Assembly (NCBI GenBank): GCA_905178155.1 | Contig: CAJINV010000004.1 | Coordinates: forward strand, 9,386,715 to 9,450,714 | Length of the DNA stretch: 64,000 nt | Reading direction: 5' to 3' | Origin: Amoebophrya sp. A120 | Taxonomy: Eukaryota; Protista; Dinoflagellata | In this document: positions 36,911 through 51,321 of the stretch, in pieces | How positions within the stretch are numbered: the stretch's first letter is position 1 | Layout of the letters: every line of letters begins with the position of its first letter | Position numbers and translations under genes: made by a program | The notes under the pieces: generated by a model | The model's database searches: none | The model's input: only the letters and a program-made list of their open reading frames with translations | What the model was told of the DNA's origin: nothing

Positions 36911-39900
36911 ATGGGCGGGAGGAGCAAGACCGGTGCTGACAACGTTGTCAGAGGACCAACCGGAGTCAAAATGCCCGTCCGAGCCGCCGACGACATCAGG
37001 GACAGAAACGCTTTACATGGAGGTACAACGGCAACACAAATCTCAATGGCGATGAGAAAAAACATCACGACGCAACTTCCCAGCTACGATCCGGTAAACG
37101 ACAAGTACTTGCTGCTCGTTTTCTCCGAGACCGTCACGGAGGAGATTTTTGTGAAAGAGGAAGCCGAACAACAAGCGCAACGAACAGTAGACACGGAGGA
37201 TGACGAAAGGGAAGATGTAGGTGCAGGAACTCCTACATCGAGCGACGAGGATCAACTTCACAGTCGAAGTAGATTCCGCCCCAAGGGTGAGACGAAATCC
37301 TCCGCCGCCCACGTGTACATCTGCGCCACCGACGCGCGCATCCAGGAGGGGCTCTGGGTGACCCAGTCGGATGTTCTCAAAAGGACACAAGCCGCAACAT
37401 CTTCTTCGCAGGTGCTCCAAGCGACGAACAGGCAGCAACCTCGCACTAGCAGAAGCAAGCGCACTTCCCAAAACACCGCTGCGAACCTGCAGATCGGGGG
37501 CACAAGCGGTTCGTCTTCTGCCCCGAAAGTTCCCGTCCGGTACCACAAGGAGATCCTGTTCGAGGTTGGAATGGCCCGCGGGAAGCTGTTGCGGACGAAA
37601 GTGGAGCACAGGATCTTGTTGCCAATCTCCGCCGCGGTCGGACACGTGTATCTTTTTGTGCATGATGTGAAAGCGTCCGAAGCTGGTGCAGGACCAGGAG
37701 CAGGTACAACTAGATCTACAGTAGCTGACGGTGCAGGTCGTGGAGACGGACGAGAAGAGGACCGAAGAGCCGCGTTTTACCGAGATCGCAACCGGATTTC
37801 TCAGTGGTCCCCGATTTCCTTTTTTATCGTGCAGAACTTTGACGACTTTGGGGGTGATTCCAACGCGGTTTTGGCACGACCAGGGTCACTTTATTCGGAG
37901 TTGATAGAACTACTGGCGTCGAAGATGCAAACTTCTCCAGGAGCGAATTTTCATCACATGCTGAACAAGACTACGCTTGGGGACAATGAGCAGCAAAGGA
38001 AAGAACCGTTCCAAATGGGCAGCTACAAGCAGCACCAGCACCCTTTGCTCTTCCCCCCGGCACAAGAACAAGAGAACACCGCCGAGAGCGTGAACAACAC
38101 CAAAAAGCCCCTGTTCAACGTTCCCGCGATTCGGCTGGTCTTTGAGAAAAATTTAGATTCCTTTTCCAAAAACCAGGACAAGCTGGAGCACGACCGCGCG
38201 CTGCCGAAATCCTTCTTTTACTTAGGAAGCGTACAGAACATCAGTTATCGCCTTTTCTACCACAGTGTGGAACAAGGGTTGCACTCGAAATGCTTGATTC
38301 TGCGGGGGTCCGAGGCTTTACCGCAATTTTTACAGCAGAAATACCCGGTCGCGGTCTTGTGGAAGGAGATCAAAGACTCGGAGCAGCAAGCCCTGCAGTC
38401 CGGAATCTACCGAATGATCGAAGATTTGTACGCGAGCTGGCGGAGGATTGTGGAGGAGGGGGAGGAAAATAACAGTCCGGAGGATTTAGTGACGCACCAA
38501 TTCAGACAGCGCTTGTCGCAACAAAAGTTTTTGGCGTTGCAAGCTAGTAGTACACAAAAACAGAGACAAAGTCAGACTGGGATGAAAACAAGACAATCGC
38601 GCAAAACTAGAGCCTCCGCAGCAGAGCAGCAAGCACAAGCAGCTGTCTTACAGGGCACGAAGACGGGCACCAAGCTGGGAACGACCGTGAATCGGACTGA
38701 CTCAACTGACTCAACTTACATGGGACCAATAATTCCTTTAGGAAAGGGTAGCAGCAGCGACGGAGATGAACCATCCGAAAGCCTGAGTGACGACGAAGAG
38801 CATCATGATGAAGACAGTGAAGATCTAAACGACGGTATTAAAACTACCGCCCTAGAGACTGATAACAAGCAGCTCGTGGAGCGCGTCATTCGTCGGCAGA
38901 GTCGGCACGGGCTCTTGCGACAGCTTACCTCGCTGTCCCTCCAGCATGGATCGAATCGGGATTTGCTTTACTCGAGAAGCATGGTGTTGAGGGACTCCGC
39001 TCGGTCTGGATCCATCAGAGAAAAGCAAGCAGAGAAGCAAAAAGCGGAAGCACTTTTTAGTCGGTCGCACCCGAGTGCTTCCGGGACAACGAGCGGATCT
39101 TTGTCTTTTGCGGCGCATCATCAAGTTGTTCACGTGCCGGGGCAGCCTGCGCCGTTGCCGGTATTCCAGACGCCAGTACTGTCCCCGAGACTGGAAATTT
39201 TTCGGCACGACTATACCGACAAAGACTTCCGGGTCTCGTCGGAGATGCCGGATTCCTTGGATTCAGATTTGTTAGAAGACATGCAGAGTGTTCTGAAGAA
39301 CAAAGGTGAAATTGGTGAACAGGACAGCACCGATAAGAAGCAACCACAAGCGGAAGGAGCGGCTTTTGAATCCGCAGGAGAGGGTGATAATGTCATAATG
39401 GAAGGGGAAGATGACGACGCAAGAACTACTGGGGAGCCTGTTGGCACCAGTACCGCGAGGACTGCTGGTGGCATGCAACAAAATCGCCGCCGCCGCCGTG
39501 TCTCTTGGTCCCAAAACCTAGAAGAGAACGAAAAAATTCTCGCCGAGATTGCCGCGGACGAGCAAAAAGCGCTCGCGTCAACATCTCCTGTGCAACCGAG
39601 TGAGATTGGGGATGCGGCCGCCGGGGCGAGCGCGGCGCGAGAGGATTTGCATCGCAACGCGGAGACGGCGAGGAAGGTGTTGCTGGAACTGGTGCAAAGC
39701 ATCGGGGATTTTTATGAAGAATTGGATGAAGATGATGACGCTCCTGTTAGTTTCCAGCCCGGAGATAGGACCTCCTCTAAAGAAAAGAAGAAGAAAAAAC
39801 AGAAACCCCTTCACCCCGCCGATCTTGACACAGACAAGCTGGACACGGAGCTGAAGTACGAGCTTCTAACTTTGTTTCGAAGAACGAAGCAGGTACAAAT

Positions 39901-41085
39901 CGAGCAGAACTCAACACATTCCTCTTGGATCAACGTTCCCGATGGCGCCGCCGCGGAAGCGATAGTTTTGGAGTGCCTGGAGGCGAAATTAGACTACAGC
40001 AATAAGGGGAAAACCGAAGGCGAGTTGAAAATCTCGGTCAAAGAGCAACTGGCGGTGTGTAAGCTGTTGGTGTTGAGCCTGAGACAGAAATTCGGGTTCA
40101 CGCGACTGGATTTGGGGAAAATACTGGAAAAGTTCAAGCGAACGAAGATGAAAAATTTGAGAGAGGAACTGCTACCGGAAAATAAGCCACGTAGTACTGT
40201 GCGACGACAGAAGCAACAGGAAGACCGACAGAGTGAAGGTGCTGTTGTGCAGCCTTCAGTTGGTGAAGAACAGGAGCACCTTCCTGAAGACGCGGCCGCT
40301 GAAGAACCACCTTCCGCCCCTGAACCCGAACAGTTAGACACTGAGCAGCAAAGACTCTTAGACCGAACGCACGATGATGACCACATCACGCATGCTTCTT
40401 CTGTAACCGCGAAAAGGACAAAGAATAAGAATATTAACACAAGAACAGGCCCCTTCGAAGCAGAACCAGAACAAGATGCAGAGCAGAAGAAGAGGGAGAA
40501 ATCGAAGCGGGCCATGCATCGGTTGATCCACGATTATGAACTGCAAAATTATCGTACTCCCTCGTATAAATGCATTACAAATTTTCTTAGCATGAAAAAA
40601 AAAATGTGCAATGCTGATTTGCCTTGACAAAGAAATTTGTAATGCAAGACCTGCATTTATACGAGTGCGATACTTTTGCACAGCATAGCGATAAGTTCGA
40701 GACAAAACCGGAGTTCAGCTCGATAAAGCGGTACAGCGAAGAAGTGTTAGGGGTGTCTGATAAAAAATCTTCGGAAAATAATAACCCGGACCTAGCGGCG
40801 AAGGTCCTAGTGTCGCTTGCGAAACTGGACGACCCGAAGTTTGTTGAACGGTACAATCAGTCGCTGGTGAAGCAGAGTTTAAGGGAGTTAGAACATCATG
40901 AGGTTCATTGGGAGGAACACGAGGTGAATAGGATCCAGAAAAGGGATAATACTGCGATTTTGAAGCAGGTACTCGCTATGGAGAAGGATTTAGAGCTACT
41001 TGCGGACATGTCGAGCACGGTCAGCACCGACGCGATGATGAGCATGCTCAATAGTGCTCCGAGCGCGTACAAAAGCATAAGGTGA
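36911..41085 (+). CDS. Large unknown protein
   Basis: Exons 36911-40534 and 40693-41085 join in frame. Confidence 0.75.
40535..40687. mobile_element. Introner-like element, family B
   Basis: tatgaactgcaaaattatcgtac / gtgcgatacttttgcacagcata; TSD ACGAT/GCGAT. Confidence 0.9.
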
Positions 41086-41343
41086 TAGATCCTCGTCTTT
41101 ATTTCTGCAAAGAACAAGAACGTACTTTCGCGTATCAAGATGAAACAACTCAATCAACTTCGAGGGAAAAAATGGTTTTGGCCGGCGCTACATCGCAGCG
41201 GCCTTGTTGTTCCAGACCAGTCGTTTTGAAATTCGAAAGACCCTGTTCGTTTTCGTTTCTGTCGCACTTGTTGGCCATCTTCCGTACCCTGTATTCGTGT
41301 GATCGCATTGTGTTTGTGATATGATTCGCTCTTCGCCTACAAC

Positions 41344-42798
41344 ATGTGATGAGGAAGCCGAAAAGCGATCTGACCCGCAAGGCGCTGGTGGGCCAGTTTT
41401 TTCCTACCCTGCGTCTGCCTATGGACCAGAACCAGCCTGACTTCCGACCACGACACTACCTGCGCAGTGACAGCAACCTCAAGGAGCTCGATCCGAAGCG
41501 CAGACACATCCCGTCGTATGTGGAGGATTGCGCGGGGTATTTGCGCAAGGAGTGTGGAATAAGCAGTGAGATTCTTGATAAGTTGGTGATGTCACCCGAT
41601 GAATGTGAAGCCTTGCGCCCAGACCTCAAGGGCCCAAATTCGCTCTACCACAAGAATAAGCGGATTTTTTACGTTCTAACTCGCTGGGCATACATTCGTG
41701 AGTGTGTGAGCGATTGGACGAAGCCGGAGAAAGACCAAGGACGCAGAGAGGAACTGCGAGAGGAGTACCTTGACAAATTAGCAATGAAGTATTTTGGCTC
41801 AAACAGCGGGGAGAGGCGCACAAGGGCGCAAATCCGGCGGGACGCAGTTGCGCAGGGGCTTGATCCGGCGGTGGACACCATTGCAGCTCTGAACGGCTAT
41901 ACACGACCAACCGGCGCTATTCCAGAAATCTTCAAGCTACGTCGGTGTCCTTGGTGCCCTGCGGATTCGCCGCATTTTCAGGACCCGGAGGAGGAGCCAC
42001 TGAGCGGTGAGGAGATCACGGGTGTTCCGGACGCCCTCCAGACGCACTGTAAAGACAACCACTCGGTCGTGGAGCCTGACCTTCAATGCCGCAATGCTTT
42101 GATGGAGAGGAATGAAGAGGACGATCACGAAAGAGCTACTGCACTCCGGGCGGAAATCATTGCGCGCCATCCTGGTATCCTGAAGGAAAAAGCGAGGAAA
42201 GGCAAACCACCGGCGGGAAGGAGGCGCGCGGGGCACGTGCCGCAAATAACCTGTGAGATTTGCTGTGAGCATTTTACTTCAAGCGCTGGCGCGATGGAGC
42301 TGCACGCTCTTGCACATACCCGCGGCGACTATGTCAAGTACGGGCAGCTTTGGCGGTATGGCGATGGCGGCGAACGAATTAAAACTAATGAGTTCGTGCC
42401 GAGCGAACACATCTGGGATAGCAACCAGGGGCGATATTTTATGGGCTCCAACGCCTACGTGACCAGGTGCCACGTTCCTGAAGAAGCGTGCTACATGACG
42501 CGCAGCGGCAAGTTCGGAATCAAATGCAGGAAGTGCGGAACATTCAAGAAGCAGCTGCAGGAGGAGGATCAGCAAGTCATCACGGAGTTCACCCGCTCGA
42601 TGATGAAACAAGTTGACGACATGCAGAGACATGAGATGGCCTGCAAGGGAAAGAAGGAAGCAATGCCGCCCCAGCAAGCAGATGCAGATGACCCGGCAAT
42701 TCCCCTGCCACCCAACAGTCTATAGAAACAAATAAGCGCTTACGCTAGTGCTATAGACTATTATAACTCCGTAGTTGAGTAAACCTACCTACCTACCT
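41344..42798 (+). mobile_element. 5'-truncated non-LTR retrotransposon (3' end, multiple zinc fingers)
   Basis: 25-bp TSD atatgattcgctcttcgcctacaac (41319-41343, 42799-42823); (CCTA)4 tail; ORF to 42725 starts HVMRKPKSDLTRKAL (post-RT motif) and has CPWC..HCKDNH, CEIC..HALAH, CRKC..HEMAC. Confidence 0.85.
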
Positions 42799-43185
42799 AT
42801 ATGATTCGCTCTTCGCCTACAACTGTCGCACTCGCCTCTGAGGTCATTTGAGAGTTCTGCTAGTTGCGACATCGTTTTCATCTTCGTGAAATCGTGTTTA
42901 GTTTATCATCCCATCTATCAAAATCGAATTGTCGTCAACGTCGCAAATCGTATCGCGATCAGCCCGTGCCTCGTGCACTGAGATTCTTTGCTGCAGTTGC
43001 GAAGCCGAAACTCAATAGCTTTCTTCGTCGATGATTTTGGATAGGTTTCTTTGTGCAGAAGTTTGTTTTTGCTTTCATTAAGATCAACAACAGACGAGAA
43101 TTACGAGCGTACAGAACCTAGGACATCGAGAGACAACTTCTGTTCGTTACCACCACCCACCCACGAAGAGGAACACAAGGACAAA

Positions 43186-46100
43186 ATGAAGAACTCAACA
43201 AGGAGGCTGCAGGAAATGCGAGAGCTGGAAAGGCAGCGGAATAGCGCAAGGGCCCAAGGGTACGAAGCGCCTGGAATGCCTGACTTGTCCTCTTTCAGTC
43301 GCTCCGGGCGGGGGTCCTCCCCAGGCGGGTCGCAACGAAACCTCCCAGAGGGGAGCAGCGCAGGAGCAGGTTTCGCGAGTGGCAGTAGAGTAGGTGCATC
43401 CACTTCTCTGATGACCGAGGACGCGAAATTAGCCCGGATCCTCCAGAAGGAGGAAAAACGCGTGGCGAAGCAGGGAAACAAGCAATCGCCGACAAGAAAA
43501 AGCCAAAAAGCGAAAGAAAAGGTTTCCGAAGACAATCAGCACGAGGAAGCGATGGATCTGCTGTTTCCGGCGGGTGATAGAAATTCGCTTGGCGCGCCGG
43601 TGGGAACGACGGAAGAGGAGAAACAAGATGGAATAAATGTAGACCAACATCAACAGCAGCACGACCAGCAGGAACCGCAAAAATCACCAACATCTCCCCC
43701 TCCCTCCCCAGGAGCTATTGCAGCAGCGGCGGCTGCAAGGGGAGAAGCCCTAACCACACAATCTCGTTCTGCGTCACGCGAACGAGAAGGGTCCGTGTTG
43801 AATGCAGATGTGAATGCGACACTGCTTCCCGGGGCGGTGTCTCAGTCTTTTGTTTCTGCTGCACGACCTCCGTCTGCTGTTACAGCACCTGCTCGTGTTA
43901 CAGTTGAACCGCCCCCGACAACTACCACTAATGCGCTCGACGCAGAGATGAAGCTCGCCTCGCTCGATCAAGCGATCAAAGACGTGGAAAAGCGCATGGT
44001 CTCCTTCGTCGCGCAGAACATGATGCTGAAACGAGACGTGCCGAAAGTTTTGCAAAATAGTTTGGAGCAGCAGAAACTCGACCTCGCAAAACAGGCAGAG
44101 CAAATCGTCGAAGCGGCGTTTTCCCGGGAGAGACCGAAATTGAAACAAGAGTTAGACGCGCCGCTGCAATCCGAACTCCGCGACGTGATCCGCGGAATGA
44201 CGACGACTTTCAAAAAGGACATCCAGGACGCGAAGGAGAATTCCGCGAAGGAAAGGCAGATAATCAGGGAAAAACTGGAGCAGCAGTTGCAAGACTTGGC
44301 GAAAGACGCGAAATACGAGAGAAGCCAGCTTTCCGAGTCCACAGCGAGAGAACGGCAGGAAATGCGGACGCAACTGCAGCAGCATTTGGAAGACACCGCG
44401 GAGGAAGCGAAAAGGGAAAGGACTAATTTGGCACAACAACTTGAATACGAGATGACGGACACGACCATATCCACAGAAAAAAACCCATTCACATCCAATT
44501 TGTCATGCAAAACACAAAAAATGATGTGCTTGTCATGCAAAAAATGGATGTAAATGAGTTTTTTTCTGTGGATAGACCAGGAAGCAAAACGATCAAAACA
44601 CGTTGAAGCTCCGGGATTTGGAGAAACAACTCCGAGCGGAGAACGCCGCGGCGAGTGTGAAGGTGCAGCAAGAGATGGACCGGAAATTGGAACGAATGTT
44701 AAGAGACATGAGGGATAATTTACAAAAAGAACGACAAGACGCTCTGCTGGAGTTCCGGAAAAAGGTGGATAAAGAGATTCAAGACTTGAAAGAGCAAGTG
44801 TCCGCGCATTTGGAATCGAAGGTAGAAGAAACGGTGAGTAACTCCGTGACGAATATCGGGATATCAAATGCAAAAATGTCTGGGTCTGGAAAATTGTGAT
44901 GCTGCGTTGGGAATAGGGAATGCTCTGTAATGCACACGCACAGCCAAGCATGAGAAATGTCTGCGCTTCTACTCTGTGTTGCGTTTTTCGCATGACAAAC
45001 TGCGTTTTTGCATGACAGGCAAAAGGGTCTCCTCGTGGACACGCATCGCAAACTTTTTGGTCATCCCAGACAAGCATGACAAATCTCGCAGTCCTCTTCC
45101 AGACCCAGACATTCACATTTTTGCATTTGATACGGGAAAATGATCGACAATGTGAACGAAGCGTGGCAGGATAAGCTGGAGTTACTGCAGAAGGGACAGG
45201 AAGGGAACCGATCGAAATTGGAGAAAATGGAACGGGATTTTGGGAAAATGCACAAGCTGGCGGAGGATTTTGCGGGGAAAAGAGAGGAGTTGGACCAGAA
45301 ATTAGCCGCGGTGGATGTGCTCCAGTTGCAGAAAATAGCAGGTGGTGGTGTGGCTGCTGGTGCTGGTGGTACAACTTTTTCTGCAACTACTGGCTCTTCC
45401 AGTGGCACAACCAGCACGCGCACCACTTTTGCGGAGAAGAAACCTAGTCTCGCGATCGCTGCGGATCATCTTCACGAAGAAAAATTAGTCGCTGCAATAG
45501 CCACCTCGACAACAAATTATACCGCTGCGATTACAGGATCAGGAACAGGAACAGGACCACCAACTACTTCTACGGCGAAACTAGTCAACGAGGAGCAGGT
45601 GAGAGAGATCGTGGCTGAAATGAACCTCGCTACGGAGAATCAGCTCCAGGACGTGAAAAACCAAGTGAAAAAAGAAGTTGAAGAAACCATGACAGATTTT
45701 CAAGAACACCTGGCGCTGATGAAGCTCGGGTTGAAGCGCATGGACCAGATTTCTGCGAACTCCGGAGCGGTCGTTGGCTTACAACTTCCTACGAAGATGA
45801 AACCCGGCATGAAACCTGAACCAGGTGGAGAAGTGCACACTGACGCGGAAAGTGTCATCTCCCACGGCAGCCTCGCGAGCGGCCAGATCAACTCCGATCA
45901 CGAAGCGGCGAGGCCGTTGCCGAAAACGTCTACTAGTACTGCAGCTCGGAAGAAACTAAACACTCAGAACCACGTGGACCTCAACAGTGCTACCAACTTC
46001 CTCGGCGTCGCCGGAGACATGATGAAAACGAACGCCAGTCCACCACTTCCTGTTAGAGCTGCTGACGCTGGGGACCACAACATCAACGACACTGCTGCAG

Positions 46101-49100
46101 TTCATCTTGAAGCTGGTGCTGGCGACGCACACGTAGATCAGCTGAACAAAAGAATTTCCTTTGTCTCGGATGACCACGCGATGCAGATCCAGGCGTTAAA
46201 AGCGGACTTGAAACTGCTGCAAGTCGAGAACAAAGAATTCCAAAAGCACGTCGAAGAGAACTTTTCCCAGTACGAAACCGCGACTTTAGAAAATTTGGAA
46301 CAAAAGATGAAAACGATGAAGCAAGATTTGATATCAAATGGAAAAATGTCTGGCTCTGGAAGAATACAAGTTTGTCATGCTTGGCCGGTAATACAGAAAA
46401 GTCTGTGATGCTTGTTGCGCTACAACGCCACTTGTTTGTCATGCAAAGAGGCCATTTGTCATGCGCTTAGCGATAGACATAGCCGCTCAGAAACTTGCCA
46501 TGCGCAGCTCCGCAGCACAGTTTGCGTATCATTCGGACATTAGCATGACAACTTTCCAGCCGTCCCACCAGACATATTTGCCGTGCATACTTGAACGGAG
46601 AGCACAACTTCATTCTGTCCACCTTCAAGCAGCACGTGGAGAAGGACATTCTCGCGATAACGGAACAATTAACCGCGATTCTGCACGACTCGGCGGGGAC
46701 GTCGTCGGCGCACGCCGGTTCAGGAGCTGGACATCAACTGGAGGTGATTGACATCGATCCGAAGCACCACGGGCACATGTTGTTCCAGAGCTCTTCTGCA
46801 ATGACCACGCAAACACCTACGAAACGGCTGAAGGAATTATCCACCGCGATAGCCGCAATGAAAACCGCGAGTTTGGTGACGACGGACACGACGACGGGGG
46901 ATTCGCTTTACACCAGAACCGCTTCCAGTTCAACTGCGGGGAAGTCCAACCAAATTAATCTGTTCGGGATGAACAACAATCAGCAACAGCAAGCAGCTAT
47001 CAAGTGCAAAAGTGTCTGGGTCTGGAAGAATGTAACTTGTGATGCCGCGTTTGGAATCCAAAAAAATCTGTATTGCATGAGCAGCAAAGTGAAGGCAGCA
47101 TTTGCTTCGCGGAGAGGGTATTTGTCACGCGCAATAGGCATCAAGAAGGCTTCAAAAAATCTGTGATGCTAGGGCATGCATCACAGACATCATGGCTCAT
47201 GCAAAATGTGCATGACAAACTCCCCAAGCCTTCCAGACCCAGACATTTTTGCATTTGATAGCAGCCAAGGACGTTGAACTGGCTTCTATCCTCCAGAAGT
47301 ACGGCACGCCCAATGCAGTTTCGTCACTTTCCGGAGGCTATGCGCTGCAAACATGTCTGGGTCTGGAAACCTGTGATGCAAGTCAGGGAATATGATGTGA
47401 GCACACTGTAATGCGCTGTCAAGCACGAGAGGTTTTTGCGTGGTTCTGAGTTGCGTACTCCGCATTAGAAACTGCGTTTTATTTTCATGACGGACAAGAG
47501 AAGCTCTTTGCGGCCACGACGCAATAGAGAGCGCAGAGTCAACATGCCAGTCTAGCATGCCAGACCATGTAAAGAATCTTCGTAGTACCAGACCCCGATC
47601 ATATATTTGCAATGCATAGAGGTAATGCATCGACGCCTCTCACACCGACCCCGACGAAGATTTTCTTTTCCCTGGAACAGGAGCAACGGGTAATTGACCT
47701 CTGCGCAGAATCCACCCGTTCAGTGCGGGAACACCTCCAGAAACTCCTCGATTCCGCGAAGGAAGGCTCGGAAAAAAGGTTAAGACAAGCGTTGGAAAAT
47801 TGCGAACAACTAACAACCGGATTGGAGAAGAAGATCGAGCAGCAACTGTTCCCCGAATTTCGGCAAGTCTTGCTGCAAAAAGAGCTCGGCCGGGACAGAC
47901 TCCGGTCCTGGTTCTGCGATATGAACTGCAAAAGTATCGTACTCGTATAAATGCATTACAAATTTTCTCAGCGTGAGAAATAAAATGTGTAATGCTGATT
48001 TGCCTTGGCAAAGAAATTTGTAATGCAAGACCTGCATTTATACGAGTACGATACTTTTGCACAGCATATGCGAGTGTCTAGCGGAGGAAGCACAGGCGAT
48101 CAGACAGGAGCAGGCCATATGCATTGCAAATATGTCTGGGTCTGGAAGGATGCAGGGTTTGTCATGCTTGTCTGGCATGACTGAAAAATTTGTAATGCGT
48201 GCTCAAGATGAAGAGACCCTCTTGCCTGTCATGTAAAACGCAATCCGTCATGCGGAAAGCGCAATACTAAGCCGCGCAAATATTTCTCATGCTTGGCAGT
48301 GCATTACAAAGAATTCACTGTTCTCAACTCAGCATCACAAGTTCAAGCTTCCAGACCCAGACATATTTGCATTTGATAGGCCAGGGAAATGGACCGGAAG
48401 GAAAAATCCGGCGGGTTGTTTGGGTTTGATGAGGAAAAGGAGCAGTTTGCTTTGGTCCCGGGGGTAGACTTGATTGACGACCAGTTACGGAGATCTCTAC
48501 TCGCGTTGATCGAGCCTTCCGCGACGAAGGCGGTGAGTACTTTGCAGCGGAATTTGTTGGAAAATCTCCAAAGTTCCTTCGAAAAGATCAAGGACCGGGA
48601 GTTGCCGATCACGATTGAAACCGCAGTTCGTAAGCAGGTCGAAGAACAACAATTCGAGGAAAAAATCCGGAAGTATCCAAGAAAAAAACTGTGTTAGTGT
48701 GACTTTCTTGGAGGAATTGCATCACAAGCTCGCTCTGCATGACAGAGAGAGCCTGTAATTCGCCGCTAGTACGTGAAAACATGTACGAAAAGAGCCTCTG
48801 ATGAATGTCGAGCATGACAGGTGTAATTGTCTTGCATCGACTGCAACACAAAGTTACACTTACACAGTTTTTTTCTTGGATAGGAAGTACGCGGAAAACA
48901 TCAGCCGGAACCAGTCGGAGATGGTCAAGGGTTTGATAACGCAACAGAGGGAGCAGCTGCTAGAAAAATTGGAACGCGGACTGGATCGGTGCGAAAAGCG
49001 GTTTGATCAGCAGTTCTCCTCTGTCAAGCTGCAGGATCTGGTGGAGGACAAGTGCCATTTATTCATGGCGAAACAAAAGGAGATGGGTCCTCGTGGGGAG

Positions 49101-50742
49101 CTGTTGAACAACAACAGCGCAAATGTTCTTGCAGGCGTGACGAATTCAGCAGCACAGCAGGAAATGAACTCTCTGTTTGCTGCACACGACCACACTGGAC
49201 GAGAAGTAGATGCTTTTAACTCCGCGTCAGCTGCGACTGCATCGCCCTTCTCGACAGCCGCCGCCATGGAAAAATTCGCCCAGACGCTCTCCGCACTCCA
49301 GCAAAGCGTCGAAGACGTGAAGGATCACGTGGATCACGACGTCGTTAGAAGATTGGACACGATGGAAAGAAATCGAAGTTCAGTTAAGAACGTTTTTGAC
49401 GAGCCTCGGGGCGGGCGGTCATTGGAGGTCGCGTTGTCCAAGATTCTGTTCATGAACCAAGTTGGCGGGGGCCAACAGGTGGACTACTACACAGGAGCAA
49501 CCGGTACAATAAATCCGCGCGTGTCAGGAACTTCATCTGGAGCACCAATACCTGCAGCCGCATCTTCTTCGTCCTGCCACCCTTTGCTCCTCCAAGTGAT
49601 CCAGAAGGAAACTTTGAAGGCGATTGAGCAGCAAGAGCAGCAGAAGAAAATGTTCGAGCAATTCAATTTTTCATCGGGTATGACGTATGACGACCGGCTT
49701 CAACCAATCGCCGCGGAGCACGGAGACAACGAATTTAGTACCAGCCTCTTTACTAGTTCATCTTCGCCACAAACGACCGGAATTGGACAAACACGTCGTA
49801 CAGCAAGACCATCCTTGCAAGCACAGAACAAACAACTCGAACGGGATCTCGGAAAATTAGAAGTGAAACTCCGCGACAGCACGAATCAGGCAGTCGAAAA
49901 CGCCCTGAAGCTCGCGCAAGACGACTACCACGTGGCCGCGGAGACGGAGCGGGCACGGAGCTCCATGGAGATGGCGAGCCAGATTGAGTTGGCGAAGCAA
50001 GAGATTTTAGCAAATGTGCAACGAATGCTACTGGTCGAGGTGAAGCACACGGTGTCGTCGATTTTCACGGGGGGTGATGAAGCAGGGAGAGAAATGATGG
50101 CGGATTTTGTCATGGGGCATTTGGACGAATTGAAATCGGAAATCGGGGGAATGATGGACGAGTATGATTCAACCGTCATGCAACCGAAGTTACAGGAAAT
50201 GGAGAAAAAGATCGAATTATTGGAATTAGCAAATAATGCCGCTGCTAGAGGAGGATCAACATCAGCTGCAGATTTAGTACCCAAAATGAATCCCTTTGCT
50301 GCACTCCCAACGTCCGGAGCTGGCGTTGCTTATCCTGTGCAAAAGTAACGTACTCGTAGTAATCGCAATGATGCATTACAAGTCTTTTTCTTAAGGTAAA
50401 TCCGCATCACAAATTTTATTTCTCATGCTGAGGAAATTTGTAATGCATTTGTACGAGTGCGATACTTTTGCACTGCATATTTCTCGGACGTCGACGATTC
50501 TGCGGGCTTTGGATCAGGCGGTCGCTGTGCCGAAGCAAGAGTACGGCGGCGCGTCTGGTGCGTTGCAGGAGCTGCAGCCGGTCGTGGCATCTGCTATTAC
50601 GTTTGGCGGTCCTCTGGCGAGCGGTAAAAGTGTGGTCAACGTCCTCGCACTGGGAGCTGCAGCTGCGGTTGAGACTAGTAAAACGCAGTCCTGGCGGGAA
50701 AAGAAGCAAGCCATGCTGCGTCAGAAAGTTGAAGCGAACTAG
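43186..50742 (+). CDS. Large coiled-coil protein of unknown function (9 non-canonical introns)
   Basis: Exons 43186-44467, 44580-44861, 45138-46331, 46595-46997, 47266-47338, 47624-47919, 48074-48117, 48384-48673, 48888-50330, 50485-50742 all join in frame; E/Q/K/L heptad-rich. Confidence 0.8.
44468..44574. mobile_element. Introner-like element, family F
   Basis: tatccacagaaaaaaacccattcacatcca / tggatgtaaatgagtttttttctgtggata; TSD GACCA. Confidence 0.92.
44862..45132. mobile_element. Introner-like element, family A
   Basis: Family A TIRs; TSD CGGGA. Confidence 0.92.
46332..46589. mobile_element. Introner-like element, family A
   Basis: Family A TIRs (right end degenerate); TSD TTTGA/CTTGA. 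Confidence 0.88.
46998..47260. mobile_element. Introner-like element, family A
   Basis: Family A TIRs; TSD GCAGC. Confidence 0.92.
47339..47618. mobile_element. Introner-like element, family A
   Basis: Family A TIRs; TSD GAGGC/GAGGT. Confidence 0.88.
47920..48068. mobile_element. Introner-like element, family B
   Basis: Family B TIRs; TSD TGCGA. Confidence 0.93.
48118..48378. mobile_element. Introner-like element, family A
   Basis: Family A TIRs; TSD GGCCA. Confidence 0.93.
48674..48882. mobile_element. Introner-like element, family D
   Basis: Left end tatccaagaaaaaaactgtgttagtgtgac; right end gttacacttacacag...tttcttggata; TSD GGAAG. Confidence 0.92.
50331..50479. mobile_element. Introner-like element, family B
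   Basis: Family B TIRs; TSD TTGCT/TTTCT. Confidence 0.9.
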
Positions 50743-51321
50743 AACTGAAGCAAAAAGAAATATACTAACTTAAATTGAACTCTGAGCTCGTTTGACTAAC
50801 GTGGTGTATCAAACAAGTGCGAGTGGTGCGACGCATTCTCGCTACAAGAAACCCCGCCCCAAGGTTTACGGAACTTGCGCTTGTTTTCAAGAATGCGTCT
50901 GACGTGCAGTAGCCTGCTACATATTCGTCACGTTGCGTGTTCGCAAAACTACAGGCGATAGAACTACGACAACGACGATACATAGCGCTACGGAAAACAC
51001 GTCCTATTTTTTTGCCCGCAGGAGGGAGCTCGTCATTCAGATCCTTTTGCGTTTAGGATCATGCTACGCGTTGCGAAATTTTATTTTTCATGTTGCACCT
51101 TTTTCGAAATGCAATGATGGAGGATTTCCGAAAGCGTCAACTTCCTGATCAACGCCGTGTCTCGTCTTATTGTCATCTTTATTCAGTGCTAAATGCTAGG
51201 AGCATAAACGAGGATCATTTTCATCACCCTGACAAACTAAAGCCACTACAGTAGAGAGACAAAACCATCATGCACGCCGTGAGAATAAAATGAAGATCTC
51301 CCTTTGCGTTTTGCCGTAGGC

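Noticed and set aside
41791-41802. ATTTTGGCTCAA, similar to the dinoflagellate spliced leader
   Set aside because: Only 12 nt, lying in frame inside a LINE ORF, with no SL RNA context.
24782-45386. Long minus-strand ORFs (for example 24782-26005 and 43968-45386)
   Set aside because: Antisense shadows of + strand genes, with no recognisable motifs.
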